NCBI RefSeq assembly: GCF_004010195.1
Contig: NC_057730.1
Location: 41,327,034-41,391,033 of the forward strand
Source of the DNA: Chiloscyllium plagiosum
Taxonomy: Eukaryota
Direction of reading: 5' to 3'
Length of the DNA: 64,000 bases
Below the pieces are notes generated by a model that saw only the letters and a list, made by a program, of their open reading frames with translations, did not search any database and was not told the DNA's origin. Below, piece by piece: positions 37,393 through 50,899 of this stretch. Within the stretch, counting starts at the first letter, position 1; the number at the start of each line of letters is the position of its first letter. Made by a program: the position numbers and the translations under genes.

Positions 37393-38930
37393 TTGGGACA
37401 AATGGTGCTGTTATAATCTACCTATTAGTACTGTTAATATGACAAATGTGGTCAGTGAAGACTGCAGGAACAAGGTCCCAAATAGATTTTTAGAAGTATC
37501 TCCCCTTGTACACTGTGGTCTCCAGTCCACATTTTAGTTTTGCCAATCCCCATGACCTTGAATCGCTCTAAAAGACCGTAGTGTAGACCTGACATTTGAG
37601 AAATTCAATATATGCAGAGCTACTGAGTTGTTTCAGGTGATGAACAGGCAAATGACTCTGTTACCTTCATATTCTGCAAATTTCTACAAAAAAAGGTATT
37701 ATGTGGCTTTTGAGTTCTCCTATTTACAGTACAGAAAGAATTCCCACAAGGGTCCTAAGTATATATACAGAGTTGAACACTTATATTTTTAAAATTTAAG
37801 TGATAGCTTTGGTAGGTCTTGCCAAGTGATATTAATGTAATTCAGAAACATTGCTGCATGTGTATTATAAAATGTGATCTTCACATTTGTTTCCTGTGCT
37901 AGGCTGCAGCATTTGAGATGAATTAATTTAACCTGACATTCAGTTATTACTTTAATGGTGCAACTGTAGCAAGTTACTTCCAATTGAATTTGTTACATTA
38001 AAGACAGAAAATGAAATTCACTTGCAAAACATGAAATTAGTGTGTCTGGATTTAATGTGCGATGACTCCATCATTTGTTTCTTTTTAACATGTGGGTTGC
38101 CACAATGTAGTCATGAATGCTGAAGTTTTAAAGACTGGTGAGGGAGTTATAGCACCTAAATGCTCATCAGTAGGATTTAAATTTTGTCAATAGCTCAAGT
38201 TTGTCCCCAGTGGTTTATCATGAAGAAAAGTCTGAGCTTTGTTGCTACCACTTTTCCTCACTGCTGCTGTAAGAAATAAACAATTGAATTGGAGTTGGAA
38301 TCTGTGAAAATGTTTTGATGTGGTGAAACAGTTTGAATTCCAAACCAAATCTGAGAAAGTTTTGAAATTAGAATTTGTATTCTTATGCATTCGAATCTGG
38401 TTCTGGTTTCCCTGCAACCAAGCTGTTGCTGTAATATGAAGACATTTTTTTAAATTTGATAATAAAAGGGACCATTTTCGGATGCAGTCACAATGTCACC
38501 AAGGTGCCTCATTTTAATTTTGGTGACATTTCCATCCCAACACATGGGTCAATCCTTTTACTGCATGTTTTTTTTGAGTATTTTGTTTTCATTCCTCCTA
38601 GTAATATTTCATTGGAAGCGACATAAAGTTCTGAAAGGACAATATAGAGGATTGGACAGACCTAAATTGTGGGTTCCGGTTGTACTTTAGGATTACAATG
38701 CAATATAAGAAATAATTGCATTTATTTTCCTTAGCTTGTGTAATTGAACTGGTATTTATACAATGCATTGATGAACTTTGTGTGTACGATGGGATGATGG
38801 TATGTGTCTGATTAAATGTGACGCACTTCAGGCAGATAGTTTTGGGCATATTATGCAAATTATATTTTAAAGAAGTAACTTTTTTGAAAACTTTATAGAT
38901 TTGTGTATCTTGGATCTTCTTAGACAATCC

Positions 38931-38936
38931 AATAAA
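38931..38936 (+). terminator. Probable TMEM11 polyadenylation signal
   Basis: AATAAA ending a ~1.5-kb AU-rich, repeat-free tract; alternatives at 38461 and ~40495. Confidence 0.45.
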
Positions 38937-40554
38937 GATTAAGAAGAATTGGTACTGGAATTGCTAAATGACATTACAATGACTTAGTTAACTTTACCCA
39001 ACAAACGGTGACGTTTATGCTTTTGAATGTGAAATGATATGCAATTCCGTACCCTGAGCTATTGATATACTTGATGTTGGCTGACACTAAAATTTTTGAT
39101 AAATACTTCAAAGAATTATCTTACCTTTTTATACCGGAAATTAACAAATGCTGAGTAGTCACTCTACTTATTGCTTGGTGTGTGTTTTCCCAGCAAAGAA
39201 GTTAATATTTTCTTAAATGTTTGCCAAGTACAATCTGATATTGATGCCACTGAATCCATTGATATGACAAAATTAAAAGTGTTTTTCTCTATATTTAGAC
39301 ACATCGAGTGACATGAAAGAAAGGCATTCTGCAAAATTATCACTAAATTTTGGCTGTTGTATCTATATTGCTAATGGTCAGCCTCAGCATTTGTGACATT
39401 CATTCTCGTCCTATTTCCCCTCTTGCTCTCATTTTTGCTCCTCCCTTTTTTCATACCATTCTTACTTTCTACCCTCTCTCCAGGAAAGTTGATTGTATGG
39501 CATAGTTCAATATTGAAAGGATCACGTCCCATTCTTTACACACAACCCCAGGTGAGGTGAACAATAGTGCTTTTCCAAGACTGATTTTCATCACCAGTAC
39601 TAAAAGTAAAATGAAGGCAAGAGGTAACAGAAATTATCTTTATGCCAATCAGTGAATTTACTTCATTTACTTGAGTCATTGATGTCATTTGCTTGGTAAG
39701 TTCTTCTTTGCATATACCCCTTTACACCCTCACCTTTGAGTCATGGCAACTTATTCACCAGGAGCCAGTATTATTTCAATTACTGCCTTAAATAATATTT
39801 GAAATGTTCAACATTTTCTAAACAATACACCATTGTCGTCTTTTAGACTTAATATGTTAAGCAATATGCTAAGTACACATTCAATATTTGTAAGGCAGTG
39901 GAAGCAAATTATGCAGCTGCCAATGTAGTAATATATACACCTAACTGTAATATTCCAAGTTTAACAATTGTACTATTAAAATTTGGAACCGCGGGCTAAA
40001 GGACAATGTATGTTGAGGTTTTCTGTATCCTGTTGATTTCCCAGTGTTACCATCATTTTTCCCATAAATACTTTAATACACTGGTTCACTTCTTGACAAA
40101 ATAGTTTTCCAGAATACATTCTGTGAGCAAGACAGTATATTTTTAAAATTTGGTTGCTCATTCAAGGGGCCAGTGTCTTTTTCAAAAGACCTTTGACTAT
40201 GTCTGTTTTGTTACAAAAGGGCACAATGACATGAAATGCATTGAAGTAAAAAATTACATAATATCTGTGCCTTGTGGTGAAAATGATATGTGGTTGCTGT
40301 GACTGCACTACTCCCCAGCCAAGAAATTGAAGAGATGATTGTGCCCCCTAGACAGTTTCAGTATTCTTTCTTGTGTTTTGAAATGTTTCTACTTTGCTAT
40401 TCTGTTAAAGTCTCTGCATCTGCCAAATTAGATTACATAGGTTTGTTAAAGTATTGCATTTCTTAGTGTTAAATTGTTTGAACTGCATACTATAAATAAA
40501 CACATTAGTGAGCAAATCAAACCTGTTTCTCCTTAAAGAAGGTAAATTTGTTTT

Positions 40555-42180
40555 TGTAGAGATATACAGCACAGAAACAGACCCTTTGGTTCAACTCATC
40601 CATGCCGACCGGATATCCTAAATTAATCTAGTCCCGTTTGTCAGCAGTTGGCCCATATCCCTTCTGAACCCTTCCTATTCAGATACTCATCCAAATGCCT
40701 TTTAAATGCTGTAATTGTACCAGCCAATTCATTCCATACACTCACGACTCTCTGTGTGAAAAGGTTGCCCTTAGGTCCTTTTAAATGTTTCCCCTCTCAC
40801 TCTAAAACTATGCCATCTATTTCTGGACTCCCCCACACTAGGGAAAAGACCTTGATTATTTACCCTATCCATGCCCCTCATGACTTTATAAACTTCAGTA
40901 AGGTCACCCCTCAACCTCCAATGCTCCAGTGAAAACAGCCTCAGTCTATTCAGCTGCCCCCTTTAGCTCAAACCCTCCAATCCTGGCAACATCTTTCTAA
41001 ATCTTGTCTGATCCCTTTCAAGTTTCACATATTTCTGATAGGAGGGAGACCAGAGTTGCACGCAATATTCCAACAGTCTTGTTCAGCCGCAACATGACCT
41101 CCCAACTCCTATACTCGATGCCCTGACTAATAAAGGAAACCAATAAAGAAATGCCGCCTTTACTATCCTATCTACCTGTGACTCCACTGTCAAGGAGCTA
41201 AGAACTTGCACTCAAAGATCTCTTTGTTCATCGACACTCCCCAGGACCTAACCATTAACTGGAGAAGTCTGTTTTGGCTTTCCAAAATGCATCACATCAT
41301 GTTTATAAAAAATTAAACTCCATCTGCAACTCCTTGGCCCATCTCATCAACATCCCATTGTAATCTGAGGTAACCTCCTTTGCTGTCCACTACACCTCCA
41401 ACTTTGGTGTCATCTGCAAACTTACTAACTATACCTCCTATGTTCACATACAAATCATTTGTATAAATGACAACAAGTAGTGGACCCAGCACCGATCCTT
41501 ATGGCACACCACTGGTCACAGGCCTCCAGTCTGAAAGGCAGCCCTCCACCACCATCCTCTATCTTCTACCTTTGAGCCAGTTCTGTATCTAAATGGCTAG
41601 TTCTCCCTGTATTTCATGTGATCTAACCTTGCTAACCAGTCTACCATATCGAATGCCTTACTGAAGTCCATATAGATCACTTACACCACTCTGCCCTTGT
41701 CAGTCCTCCTTACTTCAAAAACTCAAAGTTTATGAGACATGATTTCCCACGCACAGTCATGTTGACTATTCTTAATCAGTCCTTGCCTTTACAAATAAGT
41801 CTAAATCTTGTTCCTCGGGATTCCCTCCAGTAACTTGCCCACCACAGATGTCAGGCTCACTGGTCTGTAGTTTCCTGGTTTTTCCTTACCATCCTTCTTA
41901 AATAGTGGCACCACGTTACTCAACCTCTAGTCATCCGGCACCTCACCTGGGACTATCATTGATACAAATATCTCAGCAAGGGGCCCAGCAACCACTTACC
42001 CAGATTCTCTCAGAGTTGTAGAGTACATCTGATCAGGTTCTGGGGATTTATCCACCTTCATGTGTTTTCAGACATCCAGCACCACTGCCTTCTATAATAT
42101 GTCACCATCTATTTCCCCACATTCTCTATCTTCCATGTTCTCCACAGTAAACACTGATGCAAAATACTCATTTAGTATAG
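40555..42180 (-). mobile_element. CR1 LINE fragment
   Basis: Colinear with the 865-2935 copy over the RT region and 3' tail. Confidence 0.92.
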
Positions 42181-42828
42181 GTGTATATAGCTGTGGCAGC
42201 AGGAAGTAAATGCAATGTTTCCATGTTCCATTAAGTTATTCACCAGTTCTTTAAATTAATAGCTTTTTCCCGAACACTAGGCCAACAGAAAGTCCATTCG
42301 TGCAGAGAACTGTTGGATGAACTTCAAGATTTTTGGGGAGAGGAGGGGTATGAAATCAGGAGATAACATGATGAAGATTGGACATCTGCAGTGATGTAGT
42401 TGGAATTCCCGTACGATCAGGGAGTTTGTTATACTGCAAGTGAAACAGTCTGTCAGGGATTTGTGAAAGTGAAAACTAAGTATTCTATAGAATTAGTGAT
42501 TGTTATCTTTTTGTCTATATAGGATGAATGAATATGCTAGAGTGCTACAAAATCCTTTTGAGAATTTATCAAGTATTCTTGAAGTTCCAAGTTTGTAGAT
42601 AATTATGGTTAAATGGTTGCGAGATGTGTGCATAGATTGAGATAGTTGAATTTTTCAGCAGTATACCATTAATCTGAGGGTTATCGATTTTTCTTCCCTC
42701 ATTAAGAATGAAGTGGATCAGATTTTCAACTCTTTTTTTTCTGTCTTTGTTTGGAATGTGAACATAAGTTGGCTTGCCCTGTGCCACTTTTATCGATATG
42801 CCTTAATGCTGACAACAATCTATAAATG

Positions 42829-43025
42829 TGTTACTGGAAAAGCACAGCAGGTCAGGCAGCATCCAGGGAACAGGAGAATCGACGTTTCGGGCATAAGCCC
42901 TTCTTCAGGATTCCTGAAGAAGGGCTTATGCACAAAACGTCGATTCTCCTGTTCCCTGGATGCTGCCTGACCTGCTGTGCATTTTCAGCTCTGATCTCCA
43001 GCATCTGCAGACCTCACTTTCTCCT
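42829..43025. mobile_element. Palindromic family A Penelope-derived mini-element with two opposed hammerhead motifs
   Basis: Palindrome centred at 42911 (tcagga t tcctga); 16-bp TSD caacaatct(a/c)taaatg at 42813-42828 and 43026-43041. Confidence 0.88.
42876..42913 (-). ncRNA. Intact minimal type I hammerhead ribozyme motif
   Basis: GAAUC-CUGAAGA-A-GGGC-UUAU-GCCC-GAAA-C-GUC/GAUUC: 5-bp stem I, 4-bp stem II, full core, palindromic ACGU helix III, GUC triplet. Confidence 0.75.
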
Positions 43026-44107
43026 CAACAATCTCTAAATGCCAAACCAACTGGGCTTGTGGCAAATCTGAGTAACATTGCCAATTTGCACTCTATTTAT
43101 ACTGAGAGTTCGCTTCCAAATGTGTTTAAATAGAGAATCAGCTTTTTGATAGAGACGCCTCTGACCAGTTTGGTTTGGAATTTACTCTCTGGTTATCAGT
43201 TGACAGATGAGTGTTCTGCTAGTTTTCAGCAATGTTTCTTTCTTGGGTCAAATAAACTTTTTTCTTGTATCTATCCCCTTGACATGGATAAATTTATAGC
43301 AGTACGTTACTGCAATGTCCTTCGGTGAAATCTTTGTGCGGATGACGGTCAGCTGGCATTTAGCAGTAACTCAGCTGGAAATGCCCACTTTAAGAGACAC
43401 ACACACACACAGTCACTTTTTGCTTGTTGAGCTTTGTAGTGCTTACTTAAAAAGCTTCACATTCTTGAGTGGACTGCACAAGTGGTATTCAGGAATGGTA
43501 AGTAAAGTCAGAACTACAGATTCGCTATTGCTGGAAAGTAATTTTACTTGTCTTGATCTGAGCATTCAAATAAGTAATTCCGTGGAATGCCTCTTGTATT
43601 GCCGGGAACTGATGCACCTTCCTTGTTATATTGCTTTCGTTTAAACCCCGGTATACTTTTTTAAAAATGGAGCAATTATCAATTTTTCTTTTTTTTTCAA
43701 AACCTGTCCACAAGGTGGAAAGTGGTTGTTGTTAGAATTGCTAATTTGACAAATGTGCTCTGGCTGAAACGAGACAGTAATGGCACTGGATAAGGGAGTA
43801 AATACATCAAACCAGCTTCTTATCATGTCATCCACATGCATATACTGAATTGCTATTATTCTTTATCAGGAGTGGGAGTATGAATGTACCACGTCTTCTC
43901 TCATCCACCACCATCACCCCACCATCACCCCAACTACAAAGGCTGCTACTGCTCTTCTGGTCAAAATAGGTCAGTTTCGTACAGGATTGGTACAAGGATA
44001 AAATAGAAACAATTCAGCAAATCACTGGGTTCGCTCATTGTGCCATTGAGGCCTTAATTCATGTAATACATGACAAAGCTCTTTTTGAGATGGAGATGTG
44101 TTATTTC

Positions 44108-44430
44108 ATAGAATCCCTACAGTGTGGAAACAGGCCCTTTGGCCCAACAAGTCCACACTGACCCTCTGAAGAGTATCTCACTCAACCCCTATTTTCCTGC
44201 ATTTACCCCTGACTAATACTCCTAACTATACCTGAACACTGGACAATTTAGCATTGCTAATTCACCTAACCTACACATCTTTGGATTGTGGGAGGAAACA
44301 GGAGCACCAGAGGAAACCCGCACAGATACTGGGAGAATGTGCAAACTCCACACAGTTGCTAGAATTTGGAATTGAACCTGGGTCCCTGATGTTGTGAGGC
44401 AGCAGTGCTAACCACTGAGCCACCATGCCA
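44108..44430 (-). mobile_element. HE1-like V-SINE
   Basis: Reverse complement of A/B boxes, V-domain and tail. Confidence 0.88.
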
Positions 44431-45074
44431 TTTTGGTTACCATAAAAACATTATGGAATTTCTTGAGTTTAAATGTAATTCATAACAGAAAAGAATGAAA
44501 ATATAATTTTTTGATAGCATTGCTTTAGTAGTAACTTCAATATGTGAAGAGAGGAAGCCCATTCTTCAGTGCAAGTGAGTTGTCTATTCAAGCATCTGAT
44601 GCTAGCTGGGCATATAATAAAACAGGAGTTGTCTTTCCACAGCAGTTCTTCTCTAATCAGTTTGATTCATTGCAGCCCTTTCTCTCACTTTTCCAAATGA
44701 TTGGTAAAACAGTACTTTCTAAACAGTGGGCACTCGAGTTTTTTGGGGAGGAGATATGCAATACTGAATTCTTGCAAGATTCTCAATGTTTTTGTTGTCA
44801 GATTCTGTATTTGAAGGCAAAGTTTTCCTTGTGTTGAACAATAGATACATGCTTGATTCAATCTTTTATCTGCTGGGTTTCTAAGGCATAAGAGGGGCAG
44901 TTAGCATAAATAATTGCTTGGCAGTACAGAACTAAACATTACTGAATAGAGACGAGAGTTTGAAGCTTCTGAATTCTATATAAAATGGTGTACCTTTGTT
45001 CAAATCTTTGCTCTGATGAGTGGCAGATTAAAAGCTTCACCTCTAATCTCTTTTTAACAAAGTTTACTGTTGCA

Positions 45075-45575
45075 TACAGTTCTGGTCACCGCATTATCGG
45101 AAGGATGTGGAAGCTTTGGAAAGGGTTCAGAGGAGATTTACTAAGATGTTGCCTGGTATGGAGAGAAGGTCTTATGAGGAAAGGCTGAGGGACTTGAGGC
45201 TGTTTTCGTTAGAAGAAGGTAGAGAGGTGACTTAACTGAGACATATAATCAGAGGGTTAGAAAGGGTGGACAGTGAGAGCCTTTGTCCTGGAATTGTGAT
45301 GGTTCTCACAAGGGAATATAACTTCGAACTGAGGACTGATAGATGTAGGACAGATGCCAGAGGTAGTTTCTTTACTTAGTAGTAGGGGCGTGGAATGCCC
45401 TGCCTGCAAGGTAATAGACTCGCCAACTTTAAGGGCATTTAAATGGTCATTGGATAAACTTATGAATGCAAATGGATAGTGTAGTTTAGAGGGGCTTCAG
45501 ATCTGTTTCATAGGTTGGGCCTGTGAACATCGAGGGCCAAAGGGCTTGTACTGCACTGTAATGTTCCATGTCTAA
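45075..45575 (+). mobile_element. CR1 3' fragment (second subfamily)
   Basis: cagttctggtcaccgcattatcggaaggatgtggaagctttggaaagggttcagaggagattt.. Confidence 0.88.
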
Positions 45576-45632
45576 CAGCTTTGAAAAAAGCATTTTAAGA
45601 CCGGCAGCCTTAAGCCAACCTTAAATAGTTTA

Positions 45633-45946
45633 AGCGGCACGGTGGCTCAGTGATTAGCACTGCTGCCTCACAGCACCAGGTTCCCAGGTTCGATTCCAGC
45701 CTCAGGCAACTATCTGTGTGGAGTTTGCACATTCTTCCTGTGTCTGCGTGGTTTCCTCCGGGTGCTCCGGTTTCCTCCCACAGTCCAAAGATCTGCAGGT
45801 TAGGTGAATTGGTCATGTTAAACTGCCCATAGAGTTAGGTGCATTAGTTAGGAGGAGTGGGTCTGGGTAGGTTGCTCTTCAGAAGGTCGGTGTAGACAGG
45901 TTGGGCTGAAGGGCTTGTTTCCACACTGTAGGAAATCTAATCTAAT
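45633..45946 (+). mobile_element. HE1-like V-SINE, full length
   Basis: gcggcacggtggctcagtg..ggttcgattcc..V-domain..tctaatctaat. Confidence 0.92.
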
Positions 45947-46384
45947 CGCATCCTGGGAGAAGTATTGTTACTTGTCCTCGTCCCACCCTCAAAAATGGAA
46001 TTTGGGCAGATACATTATATATATTAAAACCTCTAGAAGAGGGAGTTCTAATTCCATAGAGGTAAGATGTTAACAGTGATCTGTTCAAGAAAGATATTAA
46101 TGGTAAATACATGGAAATTATTTTAGCTGCTCTGGAAGACTAGGACGAGGAGGGTATAGTCTAAAAATTCCACCCAGATATCTTTGGAGTGAACTAAAGG
46201 AGCAGTTTTAAATGCAAAGGGGGAAAGGAGTTTGGAACGCTTTTCCACAAATGGCAATTGATGCTAACTGACAATGAGATTTTTAAAAAATCAAGTAGGT
46301 GCAGGGACAAATCTAGAATTAAATAAACTTTTCAGTCTTTAGCTCTCTATGGCAGAACATGCGAAAGGGTTTAAACAACCTACT

Positions 46385-46490
46385 ACTGACAAAGTCACAG
46401 GACTCTAAATGTAAACTCTGATTTCTTCCCTGAATGCTACCAGCACGTTTTTGTTTAAGATTTCCAGCATCTGCAGTTATTTGTTTTATT
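46385..46490 (+). mobile_element. Decayed hammerhead-bearing PLE-type terminal fragment
   Basis: ctgacaaagtcacaggactctaaatgtaaactctg..atttccagcatctgcag. Confidence 0.45.
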
Positions 46491-49272
46491 GTACAACTGT
46501 AGCTATATTCAGAATATAGTCATTTAACATGCTGGAAACGTAATTATTTTCTGTTAACCTTCACAATACAGATTTAATTTGCATTGTGACTTGAGCATAG
46601 TCTTACCAGTCTCTCTTTGAGCTATATCAATCACTTAGTGAATAAGCACACTATATAATGGGTCAGAATATGCTGGAGTGGAGCAACTCACTGTGTGACC
46701 CATAAAGTTGGACTTTACCTCACAGTCCTTGGGTTGTAAATGTTCTACCTTGTAAGTTCTTGAAGCATGAAATGATGATGGCACTAAGGGCAACAGGGTC
46801 AACAATTTACCCAAGGGATTTAGTTCAGAAAGAAATAGTAGAAATAATTAGGGAAACATCATGTCAAACTATGTTTCTGCCAATGTGTACCATCTGCAGG
46901 GTCTAGACTCCACAGTTTAAATTGCTCCCTTTCTTGGTGGGAGAGATTGAGAGACATTATATTAATCACTAATCTCCTTGTTGAAGAGATACACTGTTAG
47001 ACATTAGCCCTAACTTTCTGCAGTGCACTTAGACAATTAATGTGTAAATTCAGTACTTTTTCTGAAATTAAGCAGGTAAACTGGGGAAAATCTTTGTAGA
47101 TTTGTGCAAGTTGTAACTTGTAACTCTTGTGATGAGGAAGACGTGTAATTCACAGTTTACAAGTTGCTAGATGATTCACAATAATAGGATGCACCATTAA
47201 ACTGTTATTTCAATAGCAAATTCTGGGTCTAGTAATTGTGTGCTGAGCTATATAGACTAGCAGGTTTCATGTTTCTGCAACATTTGGTGCACTGGAACTG
47301 GCATCTGAGTGAGTGGCTTGGAAGTATGAAATGCCTTTTAACAGGAACTGTGAATGTGTCATAAGAACAGAGTCCAATGATTTTTAATTATGAACCAGCC
47401 AGAACCAGAAAACACTTGCAGTAATGTGGTATCTATTGCAACAGTACTTCAAATGCACAATTTTAGTTATTATTATTTTCTGCCTAAAGACATTAAACAG
47501 ACCAGTGTCCCACTGGAAAAAGTTACACAAAACTGGCCATGTGTGAAAATAGGCCTAGGAATGTAAATACAAATTTTGTCAAGAATCTGACCCTGTAATT
47601 TGTTTATAGTCCTAGAATTTTGCAAGTATAATTGGGAACTGTTCTCCTGAATTCAAAATTTACAACTTGTAGGCTTAAATGTTGTTCAAGGTATAAACAC
47701 CCTCTTTTCCTAATGTCAGTAATAATTTCAGCATCTATCAATGGAGAAAACAGCTTCTTAATGAACAACCTTTTCTATGATGCAGTACTTATTGAGGGTT
47801 TAAGTTCTGTAAAAATATTTAAACTGTTCGTTTCTCAAGCTTAGACTTGTGCAGTGATTGGCATATTGGAATTAATCTGAATTTCTGCATTGTTTATCAT
47901 CAATACAGAATCAATGTATTCTGTTAATTTATCTGACAGTTTTCTAAAATTTTCAAATTAATTAATTTTCAAATGAAATGCCAACAATAGCTTTTGAACT
48001 AATTGTACCAAATATTATCCCAAACATTTTATTGCATTTATTCAATTACACTGTTATGACTGTCCTTTCCATGCGATTTCTCACTTTTGTTTACTATTAT
48101 TTTCAACCTATGACAGTGGCATGCAGCAATGTGAAAGAGAGGTCTGAATATCTAAGCTTCTTTCAGTACTATCTGCCTCATCTGTGCCCTGTCATGCTGA
48201 CTCATGCTGTGAGAAACCCAATTTCCATAAGGCTAAAGCTTCAGAGGTGGTTTCCTGGCCCACTCCCAAGTGATTAAGCCTATGCCCTGGCATTCAAAAA
48301 CCAAACTCTGAGCTATAGGAAAACAGTTTGAGTGCCTTGTAGATATTTCAGCAAAGTTGAAATCTAAGAAACTCTGAGAAAAAAATGTAGAGTGGAGTCT
48401 GATGTTTAAATATATCTTTCTAGCATTCCTGTAATATAGTCAATGCCAATATGTATGCTTTGCATTCCTATAGATGGGCATCATGGGAAAGATTTTGACA
48501 AATGGGTACCCTGGCTTTTCCATTAATTTTGGCCAGATTTGCAAATGGGAGAGAACATGCTGATTTCACTGCAGAGACAGTAGTTATGAGAAATAAATCC
48601 AACTCACTTGGCACGTAGAACATGTGCTACAATAGTGGGAGACCATCTCCTATTGGCTAGTCCAAGTAATAATGTCTGACCCACCATAATCCACCTACTT
48701 CAACAGGTGCTTGGAGATTAGAGGTTCTGTTCAACAAGCAGACTGAAACTGTTCTTCTTGTCAACCAAATGAAAAGATGCCAACTTTTCAATTGGCACAC
48801 TGGAAAGTCTGGACCAAATGCCCATAATTGCCAGATAATGTCTAGCTGACTGATGATGTGCAAAAGACAGTTACATTTGACATGGTACTTGAAAGACTTA
48901 ACATTGAAATAATTTTCCTCAGGAAACAAGATTTGTTGAGTGTAGATAACTGAAAAGATAATACATTCCATATTCATCTAGCAGGTTAAGAACTCAGTGA
49001 GAGACAGGAACAAGGTATAGGTTTCATTGTAAAGAAAAACTAACTACTCTCAATAGAAACACTCAAATGTTTCTGAATGTGTTTTCTTTCACCTACCTAT
49101 ACACTCGATCAGGGCCAGTTTATCCCATGAGTTATCTATTCTGTAATACTTTGTGTTCCATGAGAGACAAAAGACTTGTCAACAGAATACTAGTCATAAC
49201 ATGTTAGCCTAGTGGATGGCTGCAATGTAACAGTGGACATACAGCAAGGAGTTGCCTCATAGGGCTTTTTGA

Positions 49273-49600
49273 GGTGGCACGGTGGCCCAATGGTTAGCAC
49301 TGCTACCTCAGTGCCAGGGACCCGGGTTTGATTCCAGCCTCGAGCAACTGTGTTGAGTTTGCACATTCTCTCTGTGTCTGTGTGGGTTTCCTCCGGGTTC
49401 TCCTGTTTCCTCTCACAGTCCAAAGATGTGCACATCAGGTGAATTGGCTATGCTAAATTGCCTGTAGTGTTAGGTGTATTAGTCAGGGGTAAAGATAGAG
49501 TAGGGGAATGGGTCTGGGTGGGTTACTCTTCAGAGGGTCAGTGTGGACTTGTTGGGCCAAAGGGCCTGTTTCCATACTGTAGAGATTCTAACTCTAAACT
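49273..49600 (+). mobile_element. HE1-like V-SINE
   Basis: Same structure as 45633-45946. Confidence 0.9.
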
Positions 49601-50453
49601 AATCCAGGGCAGTGAGACAGGGGCCAGGAGTGTGGTAATCACATCTGCTCTCTGCATTAGGCATTTTGTTAATTATGGGTGTCGTTGTCAAACATTTGCT
49701 GCAGTTTGTTGAAGACTGATCTGGAGCAGCGAAATGGGTGTTTGATCTTCTCGTTTATGGTAGCCTTTTAAGAGGTGATTGCCAAGGAATGGGCAGAAGT
49801 ATTCCAGAATGTGTGTTTCATTACATGGAAGTGGAATATTGACCTGAGTTTTGTTTTGGCAACCTTAAAGGATATATTGTTAATTATATGTAGAATTAAA
49901 GAGATTGAAAGTGATTGCAATGCTGTTGAACAATTGGCAACAGCATTGCAGTCATCAGCAACTGTAGATCATATTGCTGTGTTGGAGGGTGTAGTTTAGT
50001 CATGTTGACGTTGGAGTTTTACGTCTAGACTGTATTTAACACTCACGCCAGAAGGTAGTTGATCTTTGGGTGAATAACCACACTGGTAGACTAAATAGTA
50101 TGGGGACTATCACCCAGCCTTACTTAAAACCAGTCCAGATTCTGTGGATGTCTTTTTACAGATCTCCCACTCAAGACAATTACAGACATTACATCATGAA
50201 GCAGTTGTAGAATTGTGATATTCTTGGATATTCCAAATCTCGTGAGAAAGGGAATGTCCATTTGCAAAGTATTGTATTTGCCTTTGTCACACTCCAGATC
50301 TTTATTGAACACATCCAGCTCAAATCCTATTTGTTTTAGAACTGGCAGATCTATGCTTAAGATGATCACCTCAGCCTGGCAACTACAAGAGAAATGCTGT
50401 GAACAAAGACATATATCTGTCTTTGTTTTGTAATTCCCAGGATTATCCCTATG

Positions 50454-50602
50454 GCCAGGTGAATTGGCCATACTAAATTGCCCGTAGTGTTAGGTAAGGG
50501 GTAAATGTAGGGGTATGGGTGGGTTTCGCTTCGGCGGGTCGGTGTGGACTTGTTGGGCCGAAGGGCCTGTTTCCACACTGTAATGTAATCTAAAATCTAA
50601 AA
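50454..50602 (+). mobile_element. 5'-truncated, apparently young HE1-like SINE
   Basis: CpG-retaining tail (ttcggcgggtcggtgtggacttgttgggccgaagggcc). Confidence 0.85.
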
Positions 50603-50899
50603 ATATCATTTTCATGGATCATACTAAGGCATTAGAGAATGTGAGCAGAGGCAATCAATTTAAGATGCTGGAGAAAGTTTTCTGCCTCTCAAAACTGCTT
50701 GAAATTCTTTGTGATCCTCAATTGGTTGAAAACAGGCTTATGTTCTGGCACTGAAATCTTTGGCATATTCTTCTCTTTACTGATGTGATAAACCTTCGTC
50801 ATTCATATAGAGATGTACACTTGCATATCAGAATTGACAGAAAGCTGTTCATTTTTGTTGACCTGGGATACAAGTTAGTCTGAACAGACAATGGAGCAC

